The notes: a model not told the origin generated them from the sequence alone. Positions 29,416 to 42,500 are shown, counted from the stretch's first letter. The stretch is 64,000 nucleotides of DNA from Chrysomallon squamiferum (GCA_012295275.1 CM022674.1:2108001-2172000), one strand, 5' to 3'. Made by a program: numbers and translations.

Positions 29416-29525
29416 GTTGCTACGGTAACACCCCCCCTCCCCACACACGCGCGCGCGCACAACATCTGCCCGACTGGTGTTTCGGAGACTCTTTACGCCC
29501 GCTTCGCCGCCGTTTCCATGGTAAC
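29416..29525. promoter_or_regulatory. Pair of RFX X-box-like palindromes: GTTGCTACGGTAAC (29416-29429) and GTTTCCATGGTAAC (29512-29525)
   Basis: Match to the X-box consensus GTTNCCATGGNAAC; function unverified. Confidence 0.4.
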
Positions 29526-29955
29526 GTAGCGCTCTTCGTCCGCGGCCGCCTCGCTGTTTTTCTTCTCCTGCATGGCCAGCGCGGCTTTCATGTTCTGCAG
29601 GTTCTCCAGCGACTCGTAGAAGTTCTCCTCCCGTCTCCCCCCCTGCCACTCGCCCAGGGACTTGGGGTAGTCGTACTGCGTGCACGCGGCGAGGGTGCGG
29701 CGTCCGCACGGACGGGGTGGGGGGCAGTCGTAGGTGGCGTCAGTGCCCGACAGCATGGCGCCTGTGACGTACGTCGGGTTGGTCAAGCTCATCGACGGCA
29801 GGTTGACGTCACTGATGTACGTTTTGATGTTGACGTTGTTGTCGTCGTCGTCGTTATCGGAGGGGAGGTCTTTCTCTGTGAGAGGTTTCGCTGCGTCACC
29901 GTAGTAGCGGTTTTCGAACACGACCGGGGGGTAGTCGTCAACGTGTTTGCGTCTT
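29493..29955 (-). CDS. Gene B terminal exon: Tyr-motif-rich cytoplasmic tail
   Basis: atttcag|AAGAC, phase 2, GC-rich. Encodes RRKHVDDYPPVVFENRYY...NPTY...YDCP...YDYP...YESL...YVTMETAAKRA*. Confidence 0.88.
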
Positions 29956-29985
29956 CTGAAATAAATAAATAAAATAAAATAAAAT

Positions 29986-30016
<31 letters not shown>

Positions 30017-30579
30017 TAAATAAATGTACAAATAAATAAATAATGAAATATATAAATAAAATAAATTAAAATAAGTAAATAATTAAATATATAAATACAC
30101 AAATAAACAAATAAAATAAATACATAAATAAATAAATAATGAAATAAATAAATAAAAAAAACAACAAATAAATAAATACATATACAAATAAATAAACAAA
30201 TAAATACAGAAATACATAAATAAATAAAAAAATAAAAAAATAAAATAAATAAATACATAAATAAATAAATATAGAAATAAATACACAAATAAATAAATAA
30301 ACAAACAAATACACAATTAAATAAATAAAATAAAAACAAAAATTTGTAACAGTAATATAAACACAACAGTAAATATTTATAAATTAATAATAATGAAAAT
30401 TAAAACACACTTTTCTGTACACATATAATTATTAATACCACTGATGTTTTTAATTAAAAATTATTATAAAAAAATAAAAATATAAATAAAAATAATTCAT
30501 ATTTGCTTTCATTAACAAAATGAAATAAAATAGGTTAATTCCTTTATGATTCTGAAAATTAAAAACAATGATAGCAAAC

Positions 30580-30661
30580 CTCCTGAAGAAAATGAAAGCT
30601 CCAAAACAGATTCCAATCACAAGCCCCAGCAGTATTCCCAGAATTAAACCAATGGCTGTGC
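30580..30661 (-). CDS. Gene B exon 6: transmembrane helix
   Basis: tgtaacag|GC...GGAG|gtttgc, phase 1 to 2. Encodes GTAIGLILGILLGLVIGICFGAFIFFRR. Confidence 0.88.
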
Positions 30662-31074
30662 CTGTTACAATTAGTGAAAACAAGTTTAAGCCAATGGCAG
30701 CCGATGTTACAAAATAAGACAACTAATGCATCAAAGAGACCAATAGGGATTTCTGTTATAAACTAAAATATTAACACAATTCCAGTACAAACAGACAACT
30801 AGATTTGTAGTTTTCTGTCACTAACATCTGTTTGTGTTAATAATAATAATAATAATCATAATAATAATAATAATAGTAATTGTAATAATAATAATAATAA
30901 TAACAGTAATAACAATAAGAATAATAACAACTGTAATAATAATAGTAATAGTAAAAGGAATAATAACATTAATAATAATAATAATAATAACAATACAAAT
31001 AATAGTATTAATAATAATAAAAAATAACAGTAACAGTAAAAGTAATAATAATAAAAGTGATAATAATAATAACA

Positions 31075-31162
<88 letters not shown>

Positions 31163-31236
31163 TATCTAAGTGACATAGCTAGTGATATTGTTTCTCCATG
31201 TAATTAACTGTTAAGTTTCTATTTTTAGATTCTTAC

Positions 31237-31290
31237 CTGTGTCAATTTGTTTCTCTGATGAATGGCTTACTGATTCAGCTCCGATCATAC
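31237..31290 (-). CDS. Gene B exon 5: short juxtamembrane exon
   Basis: attacag|GT...ACAG|gtaaga, 54 nt, phase 1 to 1. Encodes GMIGAESVSHSSEKQIDT. Confidence 0.75.
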
Positions 31291-31679
31291 CTGTAATTAA
31301 ATTATTCACAGGTTGTACCTTAACCAGTTTACTGCACATCAGTATGTATAAATAAAATACACTTCAGATGTAATACCTTTAACCAGTATATATATCAAAA
31401 TTAATACCCACTTTTAAACATAAATGCATTTTAATACGTGAATTAAAACTTTCAAGGTGAATTTCAGTTTAACTGTGTTAAATAAAAATAAATATATAAA
31501 TAAAATAAATTAAATAAATTAAAACAAAACAAAATAAGTTAAAAATAGAATTAAAGAGAATAAGAATTATTTATTAGCATTTGTTGTCTTATTTAACTTA
31601 TCAATAATAATGATGATGATGACAATAATGATAATGAGGAATGAATCGTGTTCTAATAACATTTCGAGTTTATCCTCAC

Positions 31680-31962
31680 CTTGATGAATCAAAATAGCTC
31701 CAGAGTGAGATGTTGTTGTAGCTGCTGTTGTTGATGTTGTCACTGGGTGATTCCGCTGGTAACCTGCTGACAGGTTTTTCTTCCCATGCAAAACTTGCTG
31801 CTTCACAACCACTACTTCAGGAGTTGCTGTTGTTGTTGTTTGCTGTGTAGTTGAGTTTGTTGCCAGTGTCTTTACGACTGTTGATGCCACTGTTGTTGTA
31901 GTTGTTGTTGTAGTTGTGGTGGCAGGTGGTTGTGGTAGATGTCGTAGTGAGAGGCTTCATTT
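31680..31962 (-). CDS. Gene B exon 4: Thr-rich mucin-like stalk (1-nt frame discrepancy near 31927)
   Basis: cattttag|AAATG...CAAG|gtgagg, 283 nt. KMKPLTTTSTTT is followed, in a shifted frame, by [29 protein letters not shown]...ILIHQ. Confidence 0.75.
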
Positions 31963-32139
31963 CTAAAATGGAAGAACATTTAAATTAACGATTTTCTTCA
32001 TTAACATTTCTTTATTAAAAAGTTGTTTGTCTCTCTTATGCTTATGATACATAAATGTTATGGTTATAGAATTCCTATGATAACAACACTTATAACTACA
32101 GTTTTCTTGAATGAAAATAATTTTATTTATAATGTTCTT

Positions 32140-32410
32140 ATGACGACTATGGTTACAGATTTCTACTTTTGGTTACATTTTTCTTATGGCAACAGGTTTC
32201 TGCTTATGATTAAATTGTTTTACTTACGGTAACTTTAACATTACAGATTTCTACTTATGGTTACAATTTTCTTATGGCAACAATTTTCCACTTATGATTA
32301 CATTGTTTTACTGTCCATTATAATTTTCCACTTATGCTTACATTGTTCTATAATATGGTAACTATAACATTATTCACAATGTTGATGCTATGGTAACAAT
32401 CTTCTTATGA
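32140..32410. repeat. Degenerate intronic repeat with recurring atggttac/atggcaac cores
   Basis: Near-duplicated ~100-bp block (acagatttctactt.tggttaca.ttttcttatggcaaca). Confidence 0.6.
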
Positions 32411-32472
32411 TGATGATTTTCTAGCTCTGCCAGCACAATGTTCTGTTTATAATGGGTGACAGATTTACTTAC

Positions 32473-32631
32473 TGTACTGACAGATGAAGGAGTAATGGAA
32501 GCTGAGACCACCGCAAGGGTAGTCATGCCATTTCCCCCCTTTGTCCAGTCGAAGTTGTGCACAGTCTTCAACACAGAAATATTTACAGTTTGGCTGTCCT
32601 GAAGCAAAGTTGTTCCACGCTATCTTTTCAC
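32473..32631 (-). CDS. Gene B exon 3: C-terminal half of the CTLD
   Basis: gaacag|GT...TACA|gtaagt, 159 nt, phase 1 to 1. Encodes EKIAWNNFASGQPNCKYFCVEDCAQLRLDKGGKWHDYPCGGLSFHYSFICQY. This frame is not in the ORF track. Confidence 0.92.
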
Positions 32632-33054
32632 CTGTTCAGGTAGAAAGGAGAAAAAAAAAAAATATATATATATAGGTTTTTGTATCAGTGCTGGGTTTGA
32701 AACAAAAACAACAGCATCAACAACAGCACTTTTTATTCAGGACAATGTATATTGTGTATTTCTAGATAGTAAAGGATTAAACTTCTCCAGTTATCTAATA
32801 GCCCATCTTTTAAGAAAAGTTTCAGCTCTGTAATCTGCTGCTTTTATCAGCTGAAGTGACACTGCCAATGTAACAACTCTTCCTTTTAAATAAACTTTAC
32901 ACTTTATGCACTCGTTACCAAAATACTTCTCTGAAGTTTCAACTTTATGTGCCAGTTATGCTGTCATTTTCATTTTTTCAATGAAATTTAAAGAAATTTC
33001 TGCTTTTCATTATCTTTCAGTGAGGTTCATAAAATACATCCAATTCACCCTTCA

Positions 33055-33265
33055 GTGAAGTTCACAGAACACACACACCTGTCACCCATCTGTGAAGCTC
33101 ACACAACACACACATACCTGTCACCCATCTGTGAAGTTGACACAACACAACACACACACACACCTGTCACCCATCTACGAAGTTCACACAACAGACACAC
33201 ACACACACACACCTGTCACCCAATCTCTGAAGTTCATACAACACAACACATACCTGTCACCCATC
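33055..33265. repeat. Tandem duplication of the gene B exon 2 donor junction: 4 extra copies with variable (CA)n spacers
   Basis: acctgtcaccca(t) occurs five times, the last being the true exon end. Confidence 0.9.
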
Positions 33266-33529
33266 GCCAATCCATTTCTCTGTCTCTGTCTGAGGCTCCT
33301 ATCCAGACTCCGTTATATGGCCAGTGGAGACTTCGCAGACTTCGCATGATGAAGTTCTGAGTCTCCTGGTCTTTGATGACCACAAGGTGACCGTTCTTCC
33401 TCCTGCACACAGACTGGGCACTGGTCCAGAACCTTTCGTACTCGTAGAACTGGTAGCAGTGATCTCGGAACGTTTTCAGTTTCGTGCCTCTGTACAGGTC
33501 ATCCGGACACCGGTACATGTCATCTGTGG
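33254..33529 (-). CDS. Gene B exon 2: N-terminal half of the C-type lectin domain
   Basis: actttcag|CC...ACAG|gtatgt. Encodes ...CP...CYQF...WTSAQSVC...GHLVVI...VWIGASD...WRWVTG, the canonical CTLD signature. Confidence 0.93.
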
Positions 33530-34487
33530 CTGAAAGTAATGATAATGATAATGATAATAATAATATTAATAATGATAATAATAATGTTGATGATGATGAT
33601 GATAATAATAATGACCATGATGTTGTTGATTATGGTGATGATAATAATAACAATTGATGATAATGATGGTAATAATAACAGTATATACAACAACAACAAT
33701 AACAATAACAATAACAATAATAATAATAATATGACAAAAAAGGAAAAAAAAGGAAGAGTATTACGAGGATTAAAAAACAGCAAAAACAAAGAGGAATGGA
33801 ACAATCAAAAGCTGATTCAGTTATTACAAACAACCAACCAACCATGCAAAACAAACAGAACAAATAAAACAAAACAAACTGAAATCACTGTTTTTTTTTA
33901 TACTGGAAGACTTCTAGATGCAGGATTAACCACTAGGTCTATAAAAATTCTTCGATCCAGCAATCAAATAACATATATCCTTTTTATTCTAATGTTCCCG
34001 ACTCTTCTGTTTTGTTGCTTTACTTGTGAAAGAATGAAATAACAAGAAATGTGAGAGAAATCTTCTTCTGCAACTTCACATGCTTTCCTTCACACACACA
34101 TTACTTCACACACACATCACTTTGTAAGATAAACAAGCTATACCACAGGAACTTTCAACTTTCATGCATTTCCAAATCTGTTGGATGCAAAAGCATATTG
34201 TTCTTTTTAAGGTATTTAGAGCTTTTGTTGTTCATAGTATATTTAAGTAAGTTTTCATTTCTGAAATACTGGTGTAATTTAATGTACTGATTATGAGGAA
34301 GAATGCATAAAGATAATTTTTTAATAAATTGTTTATTGTTTGTTTTCAAAGAAAGGAATAAAAATCAAATCAAATCAAATTAAATCAAATCAAAGAAATC
34401 AATAAACAAGATTTAATTTTAAAAAAAAAAAAATGCATGCATCCATATTAAAATCAGTTGTTATTTTAAAGATATTTTGGATTTATG

Positions 34488-34572
<85 letters not shown>

Positions 34573-34719
34573 TTTGTACCAAAATGAATACTTAATAATA
34601 AACAAATATATATCTATAAGTCTACAAGCATATTTTATTATACAGATATAGTCACGAAAACGTGACATTTAGTTTTTCACTTATTAAATTTGTATTCTGT
34701 AATGGAGGCTTCCTGTGTG

Positions 34720-34736
34720 TGACCTTTGCATGACCT
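34720..34736 (-). promoter_or_regulatory. Perfect DR5 nuclear-receptor element AGGTCA-TGCAA-AGGTCA in gene B intron 1
   Basis: Plus strand reads TGACCTttgcaTGACCT; both half-sites extend to AAAGGTCA. Confidence 0.4.
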
Positions 34737-37060
34737 TTGTCAAGCAATGACAAACGTATTTCAGTCAATTTCAATTCTCACAGTCAAAACTGTTCCAACA
34801 AATTGTCTCTGTCAATTATTGTGTCTTTGTTGTTGACTGCACTGCATAAACCTTCTTTTTTTTTTAAATGAGTTTTTAAATTAATTTTTTTGTGGTTTAT
34901 GAAAGTCATTTTAAATTGTATGATTGTTAAAATGTTTTTACAACTTTGCAGTTGTAACTGTTGTTGTTGTTGTTATTATTATTATTTATTATTATTATCA
35001 TTATGATTATTATTATTTGTTTTTGTTGTTGCTGGTGTTGATTATTTACTTTTTATTTCTATTATCTTTAGACATATTTTTCAAGCTGCATGAAAATAAT
35101 TCTAAATAATATATTACATGTAGCATAAATTATGATTTTAATGGCTATAAAAAAATTGTAAGAACTACAGCTTTTGTTAAAGTCAAAAATATTTATTTTT
35201 TATTACATTTATAAATAATTTAAATGGCAGTTCAAATATATTTTAATGTCTACAATTGTTGTCAAAAATTACATAGCATAAATATTTACATTAATAATAT
35301 AAACAGTTTACAAAAATACATTTGATTAATCATTTTATGATTGTATGAAGTATATTTTTATTGTTATACCATTTGTTTAACTTCAGTTTTGTATCTATAA
35401 ATATATAGTTTTCAAAAAGCTGTAAAAAGTATCTATACAAACATTATTTTATGTGCAACAAGTGAACAACTCTCATAATGTACAGTTCACCTTTTCATCT
35501 CATGTTGTCAATACACATCTGCTATTATATCATTCTACTTTACATTATATATCACATTTACATGTCACATTATATATCACATTTACATATCTTCGTGCTA
35601 TATCACATTTATTGATCATAGTGTCATCATATATCGTATTTTAATGACTGTGGGAAGTGTCTTAGTATAACATTCTACTGTTACAGAATGAAATGTTTGC
35701 AATCTAATACTAAATACTACAAAAGGTGGATAGATAATTTTTGAATGAATATAGTAAAGATATTATAAAAACATCATTTTTATTAAAAACAAACTGCAAC
35801 TAGGAATGTTTCTACTTATGTACAGAACTTTTTTGAAAAATGTTTTTTTTTGGATGAAGCCTGTATGTTGCCAGGAAAGTGATTTTAAAAACTGTTTTTT
35901 GTGTTTTTATTTAAGGTTTTCTAGAAGTGAGGAAAAAATGTAGATATATTTTTGTGCAGCAATTGAGAGAACAAGAGAGAGTGACAAATATATATATATT
36001 TATATTTTGAGAGAGAGTATTTTGAAGCCAAATTATTTACCATGGATATGGTTAAACAGTGTGTGTGTGTATGTATGTATATATGTATGTTTGTGTATGT
36101 ATGTGTGTGCGTGTGAGTGTGTGTGTATGTATGCATGTATATGTGTATGTATATATCTATGTATTATTATTATTTAAAAAAACCAATTAGAAATATTTGT
36201 CTTCACAAAAACAAAACTACAATTCAAAGAGGCTATTTCTTGACTTTTCAATTCTCTGTATTAGTCTTTTGTTTACATTCGCAGGTGTGGCCTGAAAAAC
36301 AACTTAACTTGTTCAGTGACTCATGAAATCGATAATACCATTAAACATGAGTATGTGCATTTACTCATTTAAGTATTCATAAATACACACACACACACCT
36401 GTGTAATTATATACTGATATAAAGTCTGCTGTAAGTCTAAAAGAAAGCCTGTTGGATATACAAGTCAGTGGTAACAGTTACCGTCATCTAAAACATGGAC
36501 TGAAACTTAAATTTCAATCGGGTGACTAATTCAAAGTGCACCATTCGTAGTTTGAACAACCATCCCAGGTGAATTGATACTTCAGAGTGAATGTTTTGTT
36601 TTGATGACAACAATGACAGCAGCTGCAGCAACAACAACAACAACAACAACACATAGAACAAAAAAAAAAAATAGAATAATAATAAAATAATAAACTCTGG
36701 GCAACATTTTTGTTGCTTTATGATGTCATTTTGTAGATATGGAAATTTATGAGGTTTTTAAAAAGATCTGAGAGATGTCTGATTAGACAGTTTTGTAAAC
36801 ATTTGTTCAGATTCTTTTTCTTAAAAAAAAAAAAAAAAAATAAAAAAGAAAAGAAAACAAATAGAAAGAAAAAGAAAAAGAAAGTTTGATGGCTAGAAAC
36901 CAAACAACATCCTGTGAACAAAACCTGTTTAACCAAATTTACTAAAATTAATTAGAAAAAAAAAAAAAAAAAAATTATAAACCTTTTGATGTAAATATAA
37001 CAACAAAAAGAACATCACAAACAACAACAACAATTACTAGAACATAACAATAACAACATC

Positions 37061-37188
<128 letters not shown>

Positions 37189-39527
37189 GTATCGCCATAA
37201 GCATACCACAAAAATGTTTATTTATTTATTTATTTCTGGCACTGATAGAAAAACCTCTTTATTACAGAAGCAGAGTTTTTCTGTTTTTAAAAAAGAAAAA
37301 AAGAAGAAAAATAAAGGTTTGTCAGCGTTTTTAGAATTGTCATATTGAATGAATTATACAGATGTTAAAGGGAGTGGCTCTGTTTTCTTTCCGTTTCAAA
37401 ACACAGCAGCTTAGATTTTCTCTCGTTTTTTTTTAAAAAGGTTATAAATGACATTTCAAAGCCGTTTCATTATTTCTGTTTTCTGTCTTATTTTCCCCAC
37501 CCCCTCACTTCGGGTGATAAATATTATTATTAATAAATCTTGAAAAAATTCACATAAAAGGAAACTGCAGCTGAAATACTGGTTTATTTATTGCTTAAAA
37601 GTGATATAAAGAATTTATGTCACATCTTTATAGACTGTTAAAACAAAATTAGCTTTGGCAAGATTATCATTTATGATTTTTCACTTAATATGAGGTATTA
37701 TCTGTATCTCTGTTATTCATCCTTATTTTCAACAACAATAATAATTCATAGTATATATTATGTATTATATACACATATATAAATAATAATAATTAAAAAA
37801 AGAGAGAGAAGAAGAAATAAATAAAAACAAAAACAAAAACAAAACAAAAAGACAAAAAACAAAAGAGAGTGAAATAGAGAAAAGAAAAGAAACCTTGATA
37901 AAACAAGACAAAACTAAACTATGTCAGCAAATGTAACCTTCCGTTTCAGAGAATAAATTCATCTTTCTGATTCACTGAGAAACACATCAGGATATGATGT
38001 AATTATTTTAATACATGATTTCCATGAACTTACTCTGTCATTAAGTGTAAGAAAAACAATGGATGAGAAACTTTACAATTCATAATTATTATGTTCACAC
38101 TTTTTTTTTTAATTAATTAATTAATTAAATTATTTGTTTATTTATTTGTCTGTATTTATTTATTTATTTATCTTTATTTAATTATTTGTTTATTTTTATT
38201 TATTTATTTATTTATCAGTTTAAGAAGAAAACAAATATATAAACACTGTACAAAGTTTTAACCCTTCTCTGCATTTTTAATGCAACATTAATGTTCACTG
38301 GTATCAAATGACGTTATGACAGATTACTGATTGTGACGTCACAGTTAAAACAAATCTGGTAATTGTCATTATCAAACCTAATTAATCCGATGATGCCACA
38401 TTACAGTTCCAATACAAAACAAGAAGTAATAACCATCAGACAAATTTTATCACGTAATCTGACTGTGACGTCACAAAACTGAATACAATGTATTAGTCTC
38501 AGACGAAATGTTATAAGTGCAGGATGATATTCCCATGACAAAGCTAAAAGTAATGCACTTAAATGTAGTGATTGTTGTTTGAAGAATGGAGTTTTAACAG
38601 TACCGAACTATTTTGCTTTCTCTTTGATATCAGATGCACGAACAGTTAGAATAGGAAATCCTTGAATCTTAGAGGGAAATATCAAACACTGTAATTCTTA
38701 ATTCGGAAATCTGGTACATCCTGTAACATAATGTTACCAATTTAAACAATACAATACAGTGTTATATAACGTGTTTGTTTTATATTACTACTTTATATGT
38801 ATCAGAAACTTAAGGTGATGTTAAGTTTTATGTTTTACTAAATTAAATATATTAATCTTCTATCTATCTATCTATCTATGTGTATGTGTGTGTGTATGTT
38901 ATATATATATATCTTTCTGTTTATTTTTACTAAAGGTATTAATAATATAGTTTATTAACTTTTTCTTGTGATTGTTTTTAATAATATTCAATAACACTGC
39001 TTTATAAACTTCAAATTTATTTATTTGATTATTTCTTTATTTCTTTATTCATTCATTTATTTTCTACTGCTTCTAACTTCAATGCATTAAATAGGATACG
39101 AAGTTCTCTCACTTCCTTCCTCCATTTTATATACATACGAGTACATATCACTACGGCTGGGATATATAATTCTAGAACAGTTTTCTGGTTCAGTGGTCTC
39201 AAAATCTGTCTGATCCACTTCCAAGTTCCGTTCATTGTTTATAGTATGTAGATGTGTCAAGTTTGTGTTCGCTCTACTGCCCCAGATGTACTCAGTGTTT
39301 GTGTTCATTCTCCCGTTTTTATTTCAATGTTTACGTTAGACACCAAATGTGGCGTCCTGGATTGAGGAACTTTAACGTATTTCATAAGTTATACTAAAAA
39401 GTATAAAGAGAATTAATTAGAAGATAAATAATAGAAGAAGAAAAAATCGCAAAAAATTGGGAGTGAAAAAAAAAAAAAAAAAAAAAAAATATGATAAATA
39501 GAAAACGAATAAAAACGAAATAAAAGT

Positions 39528-39588
<61 letters not shown>

Positions 39589-42500
39589 GTCACTTTATTT
39601 CATTTTAAGATTTCCTGATCATACTTAAAAACCCCACAAAAAAACCCACAACCACAACAAAACGACGATGACGACGTCAATAAAGAAAATAAAAATAAAA
39701 TAAAAAATCCTTATTTTGCTGCAGTACTGAAACTAACCAACTGTCTGTATATTTAATTTAATTATGATGTCACCCATACAGAGCCCCCGAACAATAGCAG
39801 TGAAAAGGGGGAAACAGACCCGTTTTGTGCGAGAAATGAGTCACTGGTTCACCAGCGGTGATTAAATATTTTGTCACATACAACGAAAAGATCCTTCTTT
39901 TTTATTTTCTATATTAAGTGTACGATGCATGAACAACAGAGGCACTCCATTATTTACTTGTTTATTTAAATATTTAAGTATATATATATATATATATATA
40001 TAAAGTATCTTCTTATTTATTTTATAAATACGTACATATAGATAGATAGATAGATAGATAAGAGATATTAGCCTATTTTATTTCTGTTTTCTTTGAAAAG
40101 AAATTAATTTTTTCTTGAAACTTTTTTTCAGCTCAGTTCATTCCACTCATTTTTTTTTTTTAATTAATTTTTGTAGCGAACTACTTGTGATTAAGGACTG
40201 AAATTTTATCAGAGGACCATGAATTAAAAATTAAAAAAAAAATTAACCAAGTAAATAAATAAACAAACAAACAAACAAACAAACAAACAAATAAAAAAGT
40301 AAATATATAAAATAAAATACATTCGAGGTACAAGGGTTACATAACTTGCTTGAAGAAATGTACGGGATTTGTTCGATTGCCAGCTTTGCTATTAATAGAG
40401 ATAGCGTGAGGAAATATTATTACTAATCTATCAGGCATTCGTCATTCACTGACACACAGAAGAGAAACCGAAAGAGAAAGAGTTAACCTTTGTGAGAAAG
40501 ATAAAAACAGCAATTCAGATAACTTAGTCTAGTCCGAGTTCAAGGAAAAACGTGCTCTTCCTTTTTGATAGTGTTTTGTTTTGAAAATGAATGAATGAAT
40601 GAATGAATGAATGAATGAATAAATAAACGATTGAATAAACTAATAAAAAATAAATAAATAAGTGAGCAAAAAGATTACAAAAATAATATAAAAGATAAGT
40701 AAGTAAATAATTAACTAATTAAAAAATAAAAAATCATGCGAAAAAAAAAGTTAGTTAGTAATTAACAAACTAATTAAAATAAACAAGTAAACAAACAAAA
40801 AGTAAATAAGTAAGTAATTAACTAACTAAATAAATAAACAAGCGAACAAAAAAGTTAATGAGTAAGTAAGTAAGTAATTAACTAACTAAATAAATAAACA
40901 AGTAAACAAACAAACAAAAAAGTTAATAAGTAAGTACGTACGTAAATGAAAAAATATAAACAAGACAGACACTTTTGATGAAGAATACAGGAGAGGGTAA
41001 ATTCACAGTGCTCTTAGCGATATATCTGTAATCATTACTTGCTTCTGATACTAGATCAGATTACACTGACTAGTTCTTCTTGCTTATTTCAACTAGAATC
41101 TTCACGTATTTCTAAGTAGAATCGATAGTAATTACGACGAGACCTGTGGGTAACCAAACTGTGAGTAGAAACGGTGATAACATGTGTAGATTTGACCAAG
41201 CTATTGATTTGTCAGTCAGTTAAATGCTCTCCAAACTGCGACATCGTCCTTATTGATTTCTCAAACATCTCTAATTCATGTTTGTCACCTTTGACAAATC
41301 CATCTGTCTTCTGTGACAGCTCTCCTTAGAGTTACAGGAATAAATGGAAGAAGAAGAAGAAGAAGAAGAAGAAGAAAAAGAAGAAGAAGAAGATGATGAC
41401 GGAGAAAAATAAAAAGGAGAAATGTAAAAGAGAGAAAAAAAGTTAATTACGAAGCTGCTGTTTAAAGATCTTGCTCGATTTTATATTTCAGTATTCCTCT
41501 TAGAAAACATACAAACAAATTAACAAAAATAAATAAATATATAAATATCATCATTAAAAAAATATAAATAAAATTTAAAAATAAACAACAAACGAACTAA
41601 CGATAACGAAAATACTAGACAAACTGTGAATAAGCAAATAAATAAAGAAAGAAACGGCAATTAATTAACAACGTTAAAACATTCAGCTGTTGAAACATTA
41701 TTGATGAAAAGTAGTAACTGACACTTCAAGTACTTTCAGAAAGCCAACAGAAACAACGTCTAAAATTTCTGAATAAATCAGGCCACCACCAAAACAATAA
41801 GACCCGGGAAACAGGGTGCGTAGTTAACAGTGCACGAGATTGGACGGACGCCATTAAAGACTGTAATTGACAGGACTGCTGTTTAAAAATGTTTTTTCTA
41901 ACGAAATACTGAATTTACAACTATATCACAACATCAGATAAATGTTGTGTGTGTATATGTATGTGTGTGTGTGTGTGTGTGTGTGTATGTATATATATAT
42001 ATATCTATATATATATCAGACTTTTGCAATTAAAATGTGTTTGTGGTGTGCGTGTGTTTAAATTTATCACAGACAAACTGCGTATTTCTATTCCAAGTCA
42101 TTATAGATAGGTTTACTGTATAAATCAAACAATTACAAGTAAGATGAACGTAGTATAAAATTGTCCTGGACATTACAGATTGTTTGAAACTCAGCCAAAT
42201 AAAATGTTTACATAAATTTTTCCTGTTGCTATTGTTATGACTATTATTATTATTATTTTTTTTTTTCTGCTATTTTAATATCAAGGGTAAATGAACAATA
42301 AATGTTTATAAATATCTTTCATGCGATATGACAATATTTAGTAGTTTCATAACATGTTGTATATATTCAAGTCATGGATACATTTGTAACTAACATTAAT
42401 AATAATAATGAGTGACAATGAGTGACAATGAGATTATTGTAATTTGTGTAACCATGACGTCATGTCATCAGAAATGTGAGAATTTTGTAAAATCAGTTTA

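Noticed and set aside
32525-32545. Suspected frameshift in the G-run of CTLD exon 3
   Set aside because: Counting six G keeps LDKGGKWHD in frame; the listed ORF is just a different frame.
36483-36500. Possible 18-nt phase-1 microexon in gene B intron 1 (tttcag|TCCATGTTTTAGATGACG|gtaact)
   Set aside because: Frame-compatible, but such matches arise by chance in a 10-kb intron; needs RNA evidence.
39053-39308. Two short minus-strand ORFs in gene B intron 1 as candidate first exons
   Set aside because: No signal peptide or convincing splice pair; the 43454-43400 exon fits better.
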